64,000 nt of DNA from Saprospiraceae bacterium. GTDB taxonomy: Bacteria; Bacteroidota; Bacteroidia; Chitinophagales; Saprospiraceae. This document shows positions 17,063-25,785 of this stretch, one piece after another. Location of the stretch: NCBI GenBank assembly GCA_020847915.1, contig JADLBE010000529.1, positions 21,417 to 85,416 on the forward strand, in the 5' to 3' direction. The notes beneath the pieces were generated by a model. The model saw only the letters and a program-made list of their open reading frames with translations. It made no database searches and was not told the DNA's origin. Numbering within the stretch: the first letter of the stretch is position 1; the number at the start of each line of letters is the position of its first letter. The position numbers and the translations under genes were made by a program.

Positions 17063-18271
17063 TTACATCATGCCTTTCAGGATAAAATTCCAGTAAAGCC
17101 GTGGTAAAACCTGTGTTTTGAGCAGGTACATGCTCAGTCGTTCCTTGCTTTGATCGAACGGGAAGGTCTCTACCCGTTTGTTTTCATAGTCAAATTCGGC
17201 CATCACCAGTTTGCCGTAACCGGTAACCAGTGGACAGGAGCCGTAGCCATGGTATTGATCCGGCGAAGGTTTCTGATGATAAATCTGACTAACCAGTTGC
17301 TCCACAAGTACGGGAACTTGTTTGCGTACGGCTGCTCCGGTTTTGGCATTGGGGGTACTGGAAGCGTCGCCCAGAGCATAAATGTTGGAGAAACGCACGT
17401 GCTGAAAAGTGAACTTGTCCACGTCGATCCAACCCAGTGGGTTGCCGGGCACTGCGAGTGGACTGCTTTTGATAAAGTCGGGTGCGCTTTGAGGCGGCGT
17501 GATGTGGATCATATCGTAGGTATCCTGTACCTGATCAACCACCTGACCATCTTTGTACACATCAAAAATGGCAATTTTTTCCTGCGCTTTGACCTCCACC
17601 AGGTTGTGAAAAAAGTGGGTTTGGATGCCGTAACGAGCAATGACTTTTTCCAGGGTTTCGCGGTATTCCTTGATGCCGAAGATCATACTTGCGGCGGAAT
17701 AAAAGTGGACCTGAACATCACCAAGTACGCCGTGTTTGCGCCAGTAATCGCTCGACAGGTACATGGCTTTTTGCGGAGCGCCGCCGCATTTGATGGGCGT
17801 ATTGGGATTGGTAAAAATCGCCTTGCCTTTTTTGAGGTTGCTTATCAGTTCAAAGGTATACGGAGCCGATTGGTAACTAAAATTCGATGTGATGCCGTAC
17901 TTGCCAAGGTTGCCTTCAAGGCCTTTGATTTTGTTCCAGTCCAGTTGAATGCCCGGAGCTACTACGAGGTAATCGTAGGAATAACGTTTTCCGGAAGCCG
18001 TTACGATGGTGTTGTTTTCAGGTTCAAAGGAAGCTGCCGCGTCGTGTATCCACTCAACTTTGGCAGGCATCACCGATGCTTCGGTGCGTTCGGTGTCGGT
18101 TTGATTGTAAACGCCGCCACCAACCAGCGTCCATGCGGGTTGGTAGTAGTGTTTTTCAGATGGTTCGACGATGGCGATGTCGAGTTTCCCGTCTTTGCGG
18201 AGCAATTGGGCTGACAAAGCGATGCCGGCGTTGCCGCCGCCGATGATGAGTATCTGGAAATGGGTTTTCAT
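17063..18271 (-). CDS. sqr: Sulfide:quinone oxidoreductase, type II (SQRDL-like FAD-dependent disulfide oxidoreductase)
   Basis: The track ORF starts at a TTG (18298). I prefer the ATG at 18271 (MKTHFQILIIGGGNAGIAL, a GxGxxG FAD fold). It has the KCGGAPQK cysteine motif and ALGDASSTPNAKTGAA. Its genomic context is YeeE/YedE and thioredoxin. Confidence 0.8.
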   Translation of the reverse strand: MKTHFQILIIGGGNAGIALSAQLLRKDGKLDIAIVEPSEKHYYQPAWTLVGGGVYNQTDTERTEASVMPAKVEWIHDAAASFEPENNTIVTASGKRYSYDYLVVAPGIQLDWNKIKGLEGNLGKYGITSNFSYQSAPYTFELISNLKKGKAIFTNPNTPIKCGGAPQKAMYLSSDYWRKHGVLGDVQVHFYSAASMIFGIKEYRETLEKVIARYGIQTHFFHNLVEVKAQEKIAIFDVYKDGQVVDQVQDTYDMIHITPPQSAPDFIKSSPLAVPGNPLGWIDVDKFTFQHVRFSNIYALGDASSTPNAKTGAAVRKQVPVLVEQLVSQIYHQKPSPDQYHGYGSCPLVTGYGKLVMAEFDYENKRVETFPFDQSKERLSMYLLKTQVLPRLYWNFILKGMM

Positions 18272-18345
18272 AAGTCGATCATTGAATTGATGGCTCAAAG
18301 GTGGGCAAGGTTACCTTTGCAACGTTATTCATAATCACCTTATGC

Positions 18346-18359
18346 GTGGTACTTTTCAA
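18346..18359 (-). promoter_or_regulatory. 14-nt motif TTGAAAAGTACCAC (minus-strand sense) ~75 nt upstream of sqr ATG; second exact copy upstream of trx
   Basis: An exact 14-mer occurs twice per arm (18346-18359 and 18824-18837). Each copy is preceded by TTTTTTA(A)CC and sits at a similar distance from the downstream ATG. Confidence 0.45.
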
Positions 18360-18439
18360 CGAAAAGGTAAAAAACACAGCAACCCTACGTTTTGTCCTTC
18401 AGAATGTTGGGTTTGTATCCAACATTGATGTTGATTACA

Positions 18440-18745
18440 TCAAGCTTCTTTTTTCACCAACTCATCCATAACACGTTGCAATTCAATGGCCGATGCCATG
18501 CCTGTTTTGCGCCACTGCGGTTTGCCGTTCTGGAATACGATCAGGGTCGGGATAGAACGCACGTTGAATGCGGAGGCAACCATCGGATTTTTGTCAACAT
18601 CCACCTTGTATATGGTAGCGGATTCGCCCATACGGCGTTTTACATCTTCAAGAATGGGCGCCATGGCTTTGCACGGACCACACCATTCGGCGAAGAAGTC
18701 TACGAGCACTGGTTTGTCGGAACTGATCAATTGTGTAAAGGTCAT
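18440..18745 (-). CDS. trxA: Thioredoxin
   Basis: The track ORF is 18440-18814. I prefer the ATG at 18745 (MTFTQLISSDKPVLVDFFAEWCGPCK), giving a 101-aa protein with the WCGPC active site and the PTLIVFQNG motif. Confidence 0.92.
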   Translation of the reverse strand: MTFTQLISSDKPVLVDFFAEWCGPCKAMAPILEDVKRRMGESATIYKVDVDKNPMVASAFNVRSIPTLIVFQNGKPQWRKTGMASAIELQRVMDELVKKEA

Positions 18746-18823
18746 AACTTTATTTTTTAGTTTAAACAGGGCACAAAGTTGAAGCTTTGGTGAAAATCCC
18801 GGGTAGGACAGCACAGCGACTTT

Positions 18824-18837
18824 GTGGTACTTTTCAA
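18824..18837 (-). promoter_or_regulatory. 14-nt motif TTGAAAAGTACCAC (minus-strand sense) ~79 nt upstream of trx ATG, within the trx/ccoI divergent region
   Basis: Exact repeat of the motif at 18346-18359. Confidence 0.45.
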
Positions 18838-18950
18838 AGAAGACAGGTTAAAAAACCATTTTGGTGACAAGTGTCAGACCTCCCGCTGACCTTGCTCATG
18901 CCTAAAATGCTGTCAAACCGGCCAATTTTACATCCGAATTCAACTCATCT

Positions 18951-21389
18951 ATGAAGCATACGACTGCCCTGTCTCCCGCCAAACCTGCGCCAGATGCTCA
19001 GTTGGCCTGTTACCATTGCCACGACGTTTGTCCAAACGATAAATTACACCTGGAGGACAAATACTTTTGTTGTGAAGGTTGTCAACTCGTTTACCAGATC
19101 CTCAACGAGAACGACATGTGTCAGTATTACAGGCTCGACGATCAACCGGGCCTGTCGCTGAAAAACCGGCGTGATGCACGTGCATACGCCTGGCTCGACG
19201 ACAAAGAAGTTCGCGACAAACTAATCCGCTACGCCGATGCGCAACAAACGCACGTCGTATTTTACCTGCCAACGATGCACTGCGCATCCTGCATCTGGTT
19301 GCTCGAACACCTCTACAAACTGGATGAAGGCGTGCACCACTCGTCCGTTAATTTTCTCAAAAAAGAGGTCACCATCCAGTTCGACGAGTCGGTAACCAAC
19401 CTTCGGAAGCTGGCTTCCCTGCTCGATAGCCTGGGTTACCCGCCCGAGATCAACCTTGGCGATGTAGAAGGCACAACCCAAACACGCATCGACCGCAGTT
19501 TGTACTACAAAATAGGTGTTGCAGGTTTTGCTTTCGGCAACATCATGCTGTTGAGCTTCCCGGAATACCTCGGTCTTGAAAAGGAACACGAAGCATGGTT
19601 TTTTAATGTTTTCGGATACCTCAATCTGGTCCTTGCGCTGCCGGTACTGTTGTACAGCTCCCGCGACTATTTCATTTCTGCCTGGAACGGCCTGCGCCAC
19701 GGACACCTCAACATCGACGTTCCTCTGGCCCTGGGTATGGTCATGCTTTTTGGCCGCTCGGCATGGGAAATCATCGGCGGAGATGGAGCCGGTTACATGG
19801 ATTCTTTCGCCGGATTGATCTTTTTCCTGCTTACAGGCAAGTGGTTTCAGCACAAAACCTACGACCACCTTTCATTTGAACGCGACTACCGCTCTTATTT
19901 CCCTGTGGCGGCAAGTGTAAAACAACCCGGCGGACAGGAACAAACCATACCGGTTCAAAAACTTTCGCCAGGCGACATCATCATCATACGCCATGGTGAA
20001 CTCATTCCTGCGGATGGTATTTTGCTGAAAGGCAATGCGCAGATCGATTACAGTTTCGTAACGGGGGAATCTTTGCCCGTAAGCGTAAACAGCGGCGAAC
20101 GCATGTTTGCCGGAGGCAAGCAACAAGGTGAAACCATAGAAATCAGCCTTACCCGCAAAGTTTCCACCAGTTACCTCACCCAACTGTGGAACGACGACGC
20201 TTTTAAAGATAAAAGCAAAAGCCACGCAAGCCTGCTCGCCGATCGTGCCGGAAGGTATTTCACCACCCTTATTTTGGGCGTAGCCAGCCTTGCTTTCCTG
20301 TATTGGGCGCCGCAAAACATCACCACGGCCGTAAACGCCTTTACCGCCGTACTCATCATCGCTTGTCCATGCGCGGTGGCCTTATCCATTCCCTTCACCA
20401 TGGGCAACGTGTTGCGTATCCTTGGCCGCAACCGTTTTTACGCCAAAAACACCCAGGTTTTGGAAAACCTGCATACCCCCGACAGGGTGGTTTTTGATAA
20501 AACGGGTACGATCACCAAAATTGCCACCAACAGCGTGCGGTTTAAACCCCTTGAAGGACAACCAGTTTTGAAAAACAGTGAAATGGCGCTGGTAAAAACC
20601 CTGGTGTTCCAAAGCAACCACCCTGCCAGCAGACAAATCGCTGAATCCATGGGCGACGTTCCGGTGGGTCAGGTGACCCACTTTGAAGAAACCAGCGGCA
20701 AAGGTATTCAGGCAGAAATTGAAGGCAAAAAATTGCTTCTTGGTTCCGCAGCTTTTGTTGTTCCCGAAATGAAAGAAAACCCTGGCGTTTTCGTTCAAAT
20801 AGATGGCGTAGTGCGTGGCTTTTTTGAAATCAACAACCGTTACCGCGAAGGATTGGACGGCGTGTTGCGTTATTTTGCCGGTAAAAATGTGGACGCGTCG
20901 CTGCTTTCGGGTGACAACGACCGTGAAGCCAAAGCACTCAGTCCGATGTTTAAAGGAAACATGCGTTTCAACCAGGCGCCGGGCGACAAATTGACCTATG
21001 TAAAAAGCCTTCGTGAAAACGGACACAACGTACTTATGTTCGGCGATGGACTAAACGACGCCGGCGCCCTGCAGCAAAGCAACATCGGTATTGTGGTGGC
21101 CGAAAACACCAACAACTTTACACCTGCCTGCGATGCCATCGTACACGCTGATGAATTCGAACGCTTGCCGGACTTTTTCGACCTCGCCAAATGGGGTGTC
21201 AACACCGTAAACAGAGCTTACCTTCTGGCAGGCGCCTACAACGTCGTTGGCCTGAGTTATGCTGTAACGGGCACCTTATCACCCGTCATAGCAGCCATCT
21301 TAATGCCGTTGAGTTCTGTGAGCATCATCCTGTTCGGCTACGGTATGACCTATTGGAAAGCCTGGAAAATGGGCTTGATGGAATCTTAA
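18951..21389 (+). CDS. ccoI: Heavy-metal (copper) translocating P1B-type ATPase, CcoI/FixI-like
   Basis: 812-aa ORF. It has the N-terminal Cys-rich CYHC..CCEGC domain typical of FixI/CcoI, an HMA-like MHCASC, the TM CPC motif (ACPCAV), the DKTGT phosphorylation site and the GDGLND hinge. Confidence 0.85.
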   Translation: MKHTTALSPAKPAPDAQLACYHCHDVCPNDKLHLEDKYFCCEGCQLVYQILNENDMCQYYRLDDQPGLSLKNRRDARAYAWLDDKEVRDKLIRYADAQQTHVVFYLPTMHCASCIWLLEHLYKLDEGVHHSSVNFLKKEVTIQFDESVTNLRKLASLLDSLGYPPEINLGDVEGTTQTRIDRSLYYKIGVAGFAFGNIMLLSFPEYLGLEKEHEAWFFNVFGYLNLVLALPVLLYSSRDYFISAWNGLRHGHLNIDVPLALGMVMLFGRSAWEIIGGDGAGYMDSFAGLIFFLLTGKWFQHKTYDHLSFERDYRSYFPVAASVKQPGGQEQTIPVQKLSPGDIIIIRHGELIPADGILLKGNAQIDYSFVTGESLPVSVNSGERMFAGGKQQGETIEISLTRKVSTSYLTQLWNDDAFKDKSKSHASLLADRAGRYFTTLILGVASLAFLYWAPQNITTAVNAFTAVLIIACPCAVALSIPFTMGNVLRILGRNRFYAKNTQVLENLHTPDRVVFDKTGTITKIATNSVRFKPLEGQPVLKNSEMALVKTLVFQSNHPASRQIAESMGDVPVGQVTHFEETSGKGIQAEIEGKKLLLGSAAFVVPEMKENPGVFVQIDGVVRGFFEINNRYREGLDGVLRYFAGKNVDASLLSGDNDREAKALSPMFKGNMRFNQAPGDKLTYVKSLRENGHNVLMFGDGLNDAGALQQSNIGIVVAENTNNFTPACDAIVHADEFERLPDFFDLAKWGVNTVNRAYLLAGAYNVVGLSYAVTGTLSPVIAAILMPLSSVSIILFGYGMTYWKAWKMGLMES

Positions 21390-21412
21390 AACTTGCCAAA
21401 AACTACATCAAA

Positions 21413-21823
21413 ATGAAACTTGCAATATTGCCCGAAATGCAGCTCAGCGAACTTCAAAACGCTTTCAGTCAGCAATTCCCTTACCTGAATCTGATGTTTT
21501 TTACCAAACCGCACGAAGCATACAAAGCAAGTCCGGCCAAATTTATGATCACAGACCAGGACACGAAGCTTTCTGTCCTTGAAAACATAGATGCGCCTGA
21601 AGCCATTTACCTCGAGCCAGAAATGCCTACCTGGCAGGTCGAACGTCTTTTTGAAGAACTTTTCGGACTGCATGTACAGGTTTTTCGCAAATCGGGAAGC
21701 ACCTGGCTTGCAACCAGCAAAAGCGATGACCTGAGCCTCGAACAACAAAACGCCAAAGGGCGCGCGAGCGAACATGTAGACTTTTTACCCCCCGATGAAA
21801 TGGATTATCGGGATAAGGATTAA
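21413..21823 (+). CDS. Hypothetical protein (136 aa)
   Basis: This is the in-frame ATG at 21413, just after the ccoI stop. The longer track ORF (21191) overlaps ccoI. I recognise no motif. Confidence 0.5.
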   Translation: MKLAILPEMQLSELQNAFSQQFPYLNLMFFTKPHEAYKASPAKFMITDQDTKLSVLENIDAPEAIYLEPEMPTWQVERLFEELFGLHVQVFRKSGSTWLATSKSDDLSLEQQNAKGRASEHVDFLPPDEMDYRDKD

Positions 21824-21936
21824 GAGCCTGGAATCTAAGCTATACCAAAACTTAACTCCGCAACCACGCCCGAAACGTTGGGTTTTTCGTAAATAGCGTC
21901 TTCTTTTTCTTTTACCTGCCATTCAAATGCAAGGCC

Positions 21937-22764
21937 ATGAAAACCATTCTTTTTCCCACCGATTTTTCGCAATGCGCATCCAACGCCATGACACACGCCC
22001 TGGAACTGGCATCACGCCAAGGTGCTGAGTTGATCGTGTTGCACGTCGTTTTTCCGAACGAAGGCGTCGACAACAACGTTTACAACGCTTTCTGGACCGA
22101 CGATTATCTGGTTCAGCGTGAAAAGGGTTTGAAAGACTGGATCCGTAGAAAACAACGCAAGCCGGAATACAAAAAAGTAAAAATCACACCCATGACACAA
22201 ATTGGTTTTCCTGTTGCGTCCATCAGTGAAACGGCAGAAAACCACAAAGTCGACCTGATCATCATGGGTACTACTGGGGCAACGGGCATGCGTGATGTTT
22301 TGCTTGGCAGTGTAGCCGCAGGTGTTATGGGCAAATCACCCACGCCTGTACTGGTCATTCCCAAAAAGTCGACCTATACCCCCATGCGCAATGTGGTTAT
22401 GGCCACCGATATGAACATGCGCATCAGCGATGCTTCCAAGGAGATGTTGCACAAATGGCTCAAGCTTAATAAGAGTCAATTACACATGGTGCATATCCTG
22501 GACAAGCCAGGTGAGCATACGGATAAAAACCGCGAAAAAATCCTGATCGAAAAGCTGGGTGTCACACCCAAAGATTTCCACTACCTGCACGATCGCGATG
22601 TACCTCAGGCCATTTCCGTTTTTATGGAGTCCCTTGATGCACAGGCACTTGTTTCAGTTGCACGCGACCACAGCCTGCTCCACCGATTGTTCTTCGACAG
22701 TGTTACACGCAAGCTGGCCCACCGTGTTCGAACGCCCATGCTCGTGTTGCACGAGCATGCCTGA
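21937..22764 (+). CDS. Universal stress protein, tandem UspA domains
   Basis: 275-aa ORF with two Usp-like halves: ILFPTDFS...DLIIMGTTGATGMRDVLLGSVAAGVMGKSPTPVLVIP and NVVMATDMN...SLLHRLFFDSVTRKLAHRVRTPMLVLH. Confidence 0.88.
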   Translation: MKTILFPTDFSQCASNAMTHALELASRQGAELIVLHVVFPNEGVDNNVYNAFWTDDYLVQREKGLKDWIRRKQRKPEYKKVKITPMTQIGFPVASISETAENHKVDLIIMGTTGATGMRDVLLGSVAAGVMGKSPTPVLVIPKKSTYTPMRNVVMATDMNMRISDASKEMLHKWLKLNKSQLHMVHILDKPGEHTDKNREKILIEKLGVTPKDFHYLHDRDVPQAISVFMESLDAQALVSVARDHSLLHRLFFDSVTRKLAHRVRTPMLVLHEHA

Positions 22765-22927
22765 TGAACAACATCTTTTGGCATGATGTAGGTCATGGTA
22801 CAGCCTGAAAACAGCCTTTATCTTTGAACCATTGAAAGAACAAAGTTAAACCAGACACCGTCAAAGGATGATGGTTACAACATAAAAGACAAGACAAAAG
22901 AGAATAAGGGTAGTTTTTCTGTTATTC

Positions 22928-22964
22928 AATGCTCCGACTGCAACAGCCGGGGCATTTTTTATTT
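22928..22964 (+). terminator. Rho-independent terminator-like hairpin with T-run
   Basis: aatgctccg-actgcaacagc-cggggcatt forms a 9-bp stem (one G.U) with an inner ctg/cag extension, followed by tttttatttaa. It lies downstream of usp and adjacent to the stop of the convergent 109-aa ORF. Confidence 0.6.
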
Positions 22965-22975
22965 AAGAGCATGCT

Positions 22976-23305
22976 CTAAGCAACCTGCCTGTCGCCTGTG
23001 ATTTGCCTTCCCGGACGACGGTCCATCGGGAACAACCTTCTTACCAGTTGGAGCGGCGAAAAAGGCGCCAATGGGTCCATAACTTCTACAAATACCAGTT
23101 TCATGTTGCGAACAACACTTGAAACAGCAATGACCAAAACAATGGTTTTTTTTCCATCTCCACGAATTTGCATCACCCTGTCCAGGCGCCAGTCGTCCGA
23201 CTGCAAGGCATCGTTTGAAAGTTCAGCGATGCGGGTATCGGCCAGGCGGTAACCATATTGCGTTAGGGATTCAAGTATTTCCGGAAGCGATTTGTTGTTT
23301 ATCAT
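22976..23305 (-). CDS. Hypothetical protein (109 aa)
   Basis: ATG-initiated ORF divergent from tetR. It has no recognisable motif, so coding status is uncertain. Confidence 0.4.
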   Translation of the reverse strand: MINNKSLPEILESLTQYGYRLADTRIAELSNDALQSDDWRLDRVMQIRGDGKKTIVLVIAVSSVVRNMKLVFVEVMDPLAPFSPLQLVRRLFPMDRRPGRQITGDRQVA

Positions 23306-23470
23306 AGGTGCAAAAGTGGATGTTGATTGATCAAACGACCACAGTAAACTGAACGTTGCTGTTGTCGGGAATATTACCTTTTAGAGAAAAAAGAATTTAA
23401 AAGTAATACTATTATTCACTTAAACAAGGTTGACCCTAAAGTAGTTTAACTATCATTGCGTTTTTTGTGT

Positions 23471-23478
23471 TACTTTTG
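23471..23478 (+). promoter_or_regulatory. Bacteroidota-type -7 promoter box (TACTTTTG = TAnnTTTG) for tetR-family gene
   Basis: It matches the TAnnTTTG consensus 19 nt upstream of the ATG at 23497. It lies inside the GTG-extended track ORF, which argues for the shorter start. Confidence 0.4.
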
Positions 23479-23496
23479 ACTTCAAATAGCAAATAC

Positions 23497-24171
23497 ATGC
23501 AATTCCAGATAAGAATTCAGGCGGGCGAAAGGTTGGCGCTTCGGGATCCGGAAGACACCACGCTGGGCCGCAACATTGTGCGCCAGGGACTGGTCCTTAT
23601 GCACCAGCTTGGTTTTGAACACTTTACATTTAAAAAGCTGGCAGAGGCCATCAACACTACCGAAGCCAGCATTTACCGCTATTTCGAAAACAAACACCGC
23701 CTGCTCCTGTACATTTTAACCTGGTATTGGAATTATCTGGAATATCTGGTCGTGTTTACCCTGCAAAATCTTCAAGACCCGGAGCAAAAAATCAAAAAAG
23801 TAATCGAACTGCTGGTCAACGAACTTCCAGACGAAATGGACCAGTCCGGGCTCGACAAACAAGCTCTTTACCACATCGTTATTGCCGAAAGCAGCAAGGT
23901 TTACCTGACCCGCGAGGTGGAAGAAATCAATAAAAACCAACTTTTTAAGCCTTACAAAGACCTTTGCGCCCGCATAGCCACTCTTTTCCAGGAATACAAC
24001 CCCGCTTACCCCTACCCCCACTCTCTTGCAAGTACGGTGGTTGAAACTGCACACTTTCAGTATTTTTTCATGAAACACCTCCCTCGCCTTACGGATTTCA
24101 ACACTGATCCTAAGGTCAGCAACATTGAAGCATTTTTGGAAAATTTGGTTTTTTCAGCGATTAGGAAATAG
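23497..24171 (+). CDS. TetR/AcrR-family transcriptional regulator
   Basis: N-terminal HTH LGRNIVRQGLVLMHQLGFEHFTFKKLAEAINTTEASIYRYFENKHRLLLY. The track ORF starts at a GTG (23467). Confidence 0.88.
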   Translation: MQFQIRIQAGERLALRDPEDTTLGRNIVRQGLVLMHQLGFEHFTFKKLAEAINTTEASIYRYFENKHRLLLYILTWYWNYLEYLVVFTLQNLQDPEQKIKKVIELLVNELPDEMDQSGLDKQALYHIVIAESSKVYLTREVEEINKNQLFKPYKDLCARIATLFQEYNPAYPYPHSLASTVVETAHFQYFFMKHLPRLTDFNTDPKVSNIEAFLENLVFSAIRK

Positions 24172-24175
24172 CAGG

Positions 24176-24210
24176 CAGTGGTCAGTGACCACTGACCACT
24201 GATCACTGAT
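24176..24210. repeat. Heptamer-periodic palindrome (CAGTGGT CAGTGAC CACTGAC CACTGAT CACTGAT) between convergent tetR and peptidase genes
   Basis: Read directly. cagtggtcagtg (24176-24187) pairs perfectly with cactgaccactg (24190-24201). The element overlaps the peptidase stop codon. Confidence 0.8.
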
Positions 24211-25762
24211 TTATCCACCACTTCCTCAGCTGCGCCTGCTCGGGCGTTGGGTTGCGTACCAGGGAAACGTTGAACTTTTGACTGTCGACCACGATGCCTG
24301 CCTTAAGCAAGGCTTCTTCCAGAGGCAGCCGTTCCGAACCTTCAACATAACGACTGAAAAATTCGCGTATTTCCGGGTAGGTCATGTCGGCAATCACCTG
24401 GTAAAGGTCTGCATCAACGAAAGGTTTGTCGGGTCCGTAACGGGCCGACAAATCGCGCATCAGATCCCTTGTACCGTATTTGCCATGTGAGCGCTGGCGA
24501 AGTTCCAGGTCGAGCAACAAACACACAAAAGTACCTTTCAGGTATACGTTGTAGTACTGATCCTGACGTTCCATGGCCTCAAGACTAAGTTTTTCCAAAG
24601 GCAACGCATCGTCGAATTTGCTCATTTGTTGTAGCTTGTCAGCAATTTTCTGAAGGAAACTTCGAAACCCGTCATCCATACCCTGCCACACCGGCATGTG
24701 TATGGTGGCGTACTCCGTCATGCCTTCGTACAACCACAAATGGCGCGACATGGTGGGCTGTACAAAGTCGTATTCCTGGATGTTTTCGGAGTGAATGTTC
24801 AGGGGGGTAACAATGTGGAAAAACTCATGACTGGCCAGTCCGTATACAAAATCGCCCACAGCACCCGAATCGAGCGGACATTGCAAAAGACATAAGGTAG
24901 AGGTAGCGTGTTCAAGCCCGTCGCCTGAGTAACTGTTCGGGCTGCCCAGTGCGTGGTACATCATGAAACAATATGCATCCACAGGAAGCTTTCCACCCAG
25001 GTAAGCAGCCTGGTTGCGCAGGAGGGGCTCTATGTTGTTGGCAATACCTCGCGCCAGTTTTTGGCCCGTGTTGGAAAAAGCAGCAACACAAACATCCGTT
25101 TCGCCGATGTGCAACCACACGGTATCGGGGCGTGTGTACAGAATGGGGTTGTCCACCAGTTCCCGGTAACTGTCGGCCCGAAAAACATCCATGTTGTACG
25201 TGCTTTTTCCCCGGTGCAGGGTTGTGGCGCCGTACCAGTCTCCCGGCCTGTAAACATCCAGTTGCACCGGCAGGTTGGACTGGCCTTCAAAGTACCCGAT
25301 AAGGCTGTTGTGGTTGATGACCGCAAAGGAATCGAAATGGAACGAACTCTCGGCCGAGCGGTAAAATCCCTCACGGTATTTTTCGTCAAATTCATCCCAG
25401 CCATCGTCCACATGGTACCTGATTTGTGCCAGTTCATCGGCATTGCGGATTCGGAAACGGTGCGGTTCCGGACGTTCCACCTCAAGCGCCCTGCCGCTGG
25501 CATCGTAAGCTTTCAGGTTGTTTACGTTTTCTGCAAAATGCATGGTACCGTAAATGCCGGGCACGATGCGGGGAAACAAAAAATCGATCACTTCCTTATC
25601 CTGTTTGGGTGTTTCCAATTGTACGTACACCTTATCGTTTACGATGGTCAAAAGGTCGATTTTGTAATGCATCAACGGTTTCGGAGCCTGTGCAACGGTC
25701 GCTGTGATGTTTAAAAGAAATAAACAGAAGATGTTTGTTGCTCTCACTTTTGATAAAATCAT
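24203..25762 (-). CDS. Secreted zinc metallopeptidase (HEXXH gluzincin, M61-like)
   Basis: The track ORF starts at a TTG (25789). I prefer the ATG at 25762 (MILSKVRATNIFCLFLLNITATVAQAP, a signal peptide). It has HEFFH followed by LWLYEGMTEYA. The M61 family assignment rests on motif spacing only. Confidence 0.7.
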   Translation of the reverse strand: MILSKVRATNIFCLFLLNITATVAQAPKPLMHYKIDLLTIVNDKVYVQLETPKQDKEVIDFLFPRIVPGIYGTMHFAENVNNLKAYDASGRALEVERPEPHRFRIRNADELAQIRYHVDDGWDEFDEKYREGFYRSAESSFHFDSFAVINHNSLIGYFEGQSNLPVQLDVYRPGDWYGATTLHRGKSTYNMDVFRADSYRELVDNPILYTRPDTVWLHIGETDVCVAAFSNTGQKLARGIANNIEPLLRNQAAYLGGKLPVDAYCFMMYHALGSPNSYSGDGLEHATSTLCLLQCPLDSGAVGDFVYGLASHEFFHIVTPLNIHSENIQEYDFVQPTMSRHLWLYEGMTEYATIHMPVWQGMDDGFRSFLQKIADKLQQMSKFDDALPLEKLSLEAMERQDQYYNVYLKGTFVCLLLDLELRQRSHGKYGTRDLMRDLSARYGPDKPFVDADLYQVIADMTYPEIREFFSRYVEGSERLPLEEALLKAGIVVDSQKFNVSLVRNPTPEQAQLRKWWINQ

Positions 25763-25785
25763 TTTAAAATTTCTGAAAATCAGGA

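Noticed and set aside
17150-18214. Long antisense ORFs: 354 aa opposite sqr, plus 841-1545, 2198-3049, 5435-6085, 8496-9389, 11134-11799, 19221-19868, 20382-21026, 24953-25714 and their mirrors
   Set aside because: Each lies wholly inside, and opposite to, a gene with strong family motifs. Their translations are low-complexity (rich in V, F, G, R and H) with no recognisable domains, which is typical of shadow ORFs.
18403-18437. Three mutually exclusive pairing segments (tcaacat / aatgttgg / ccaacatt) downstream of trx as an attenuator or riboswitch-like switch upstream of sqr
   Set aside because: The stems are only 6-8 bp, with no leader peptide or conserved riboswitch core that I recognise. 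This cannot be told apart from chance pairing without comparative data.
23420-23449. TTAAAC-N18-GTTTAA inverted repeat as the TetR operator in the divergent promoter region
   Set aside because: The arms are only 6 bp in an AT-rich region with a long spacer, which is easily expected by chance.
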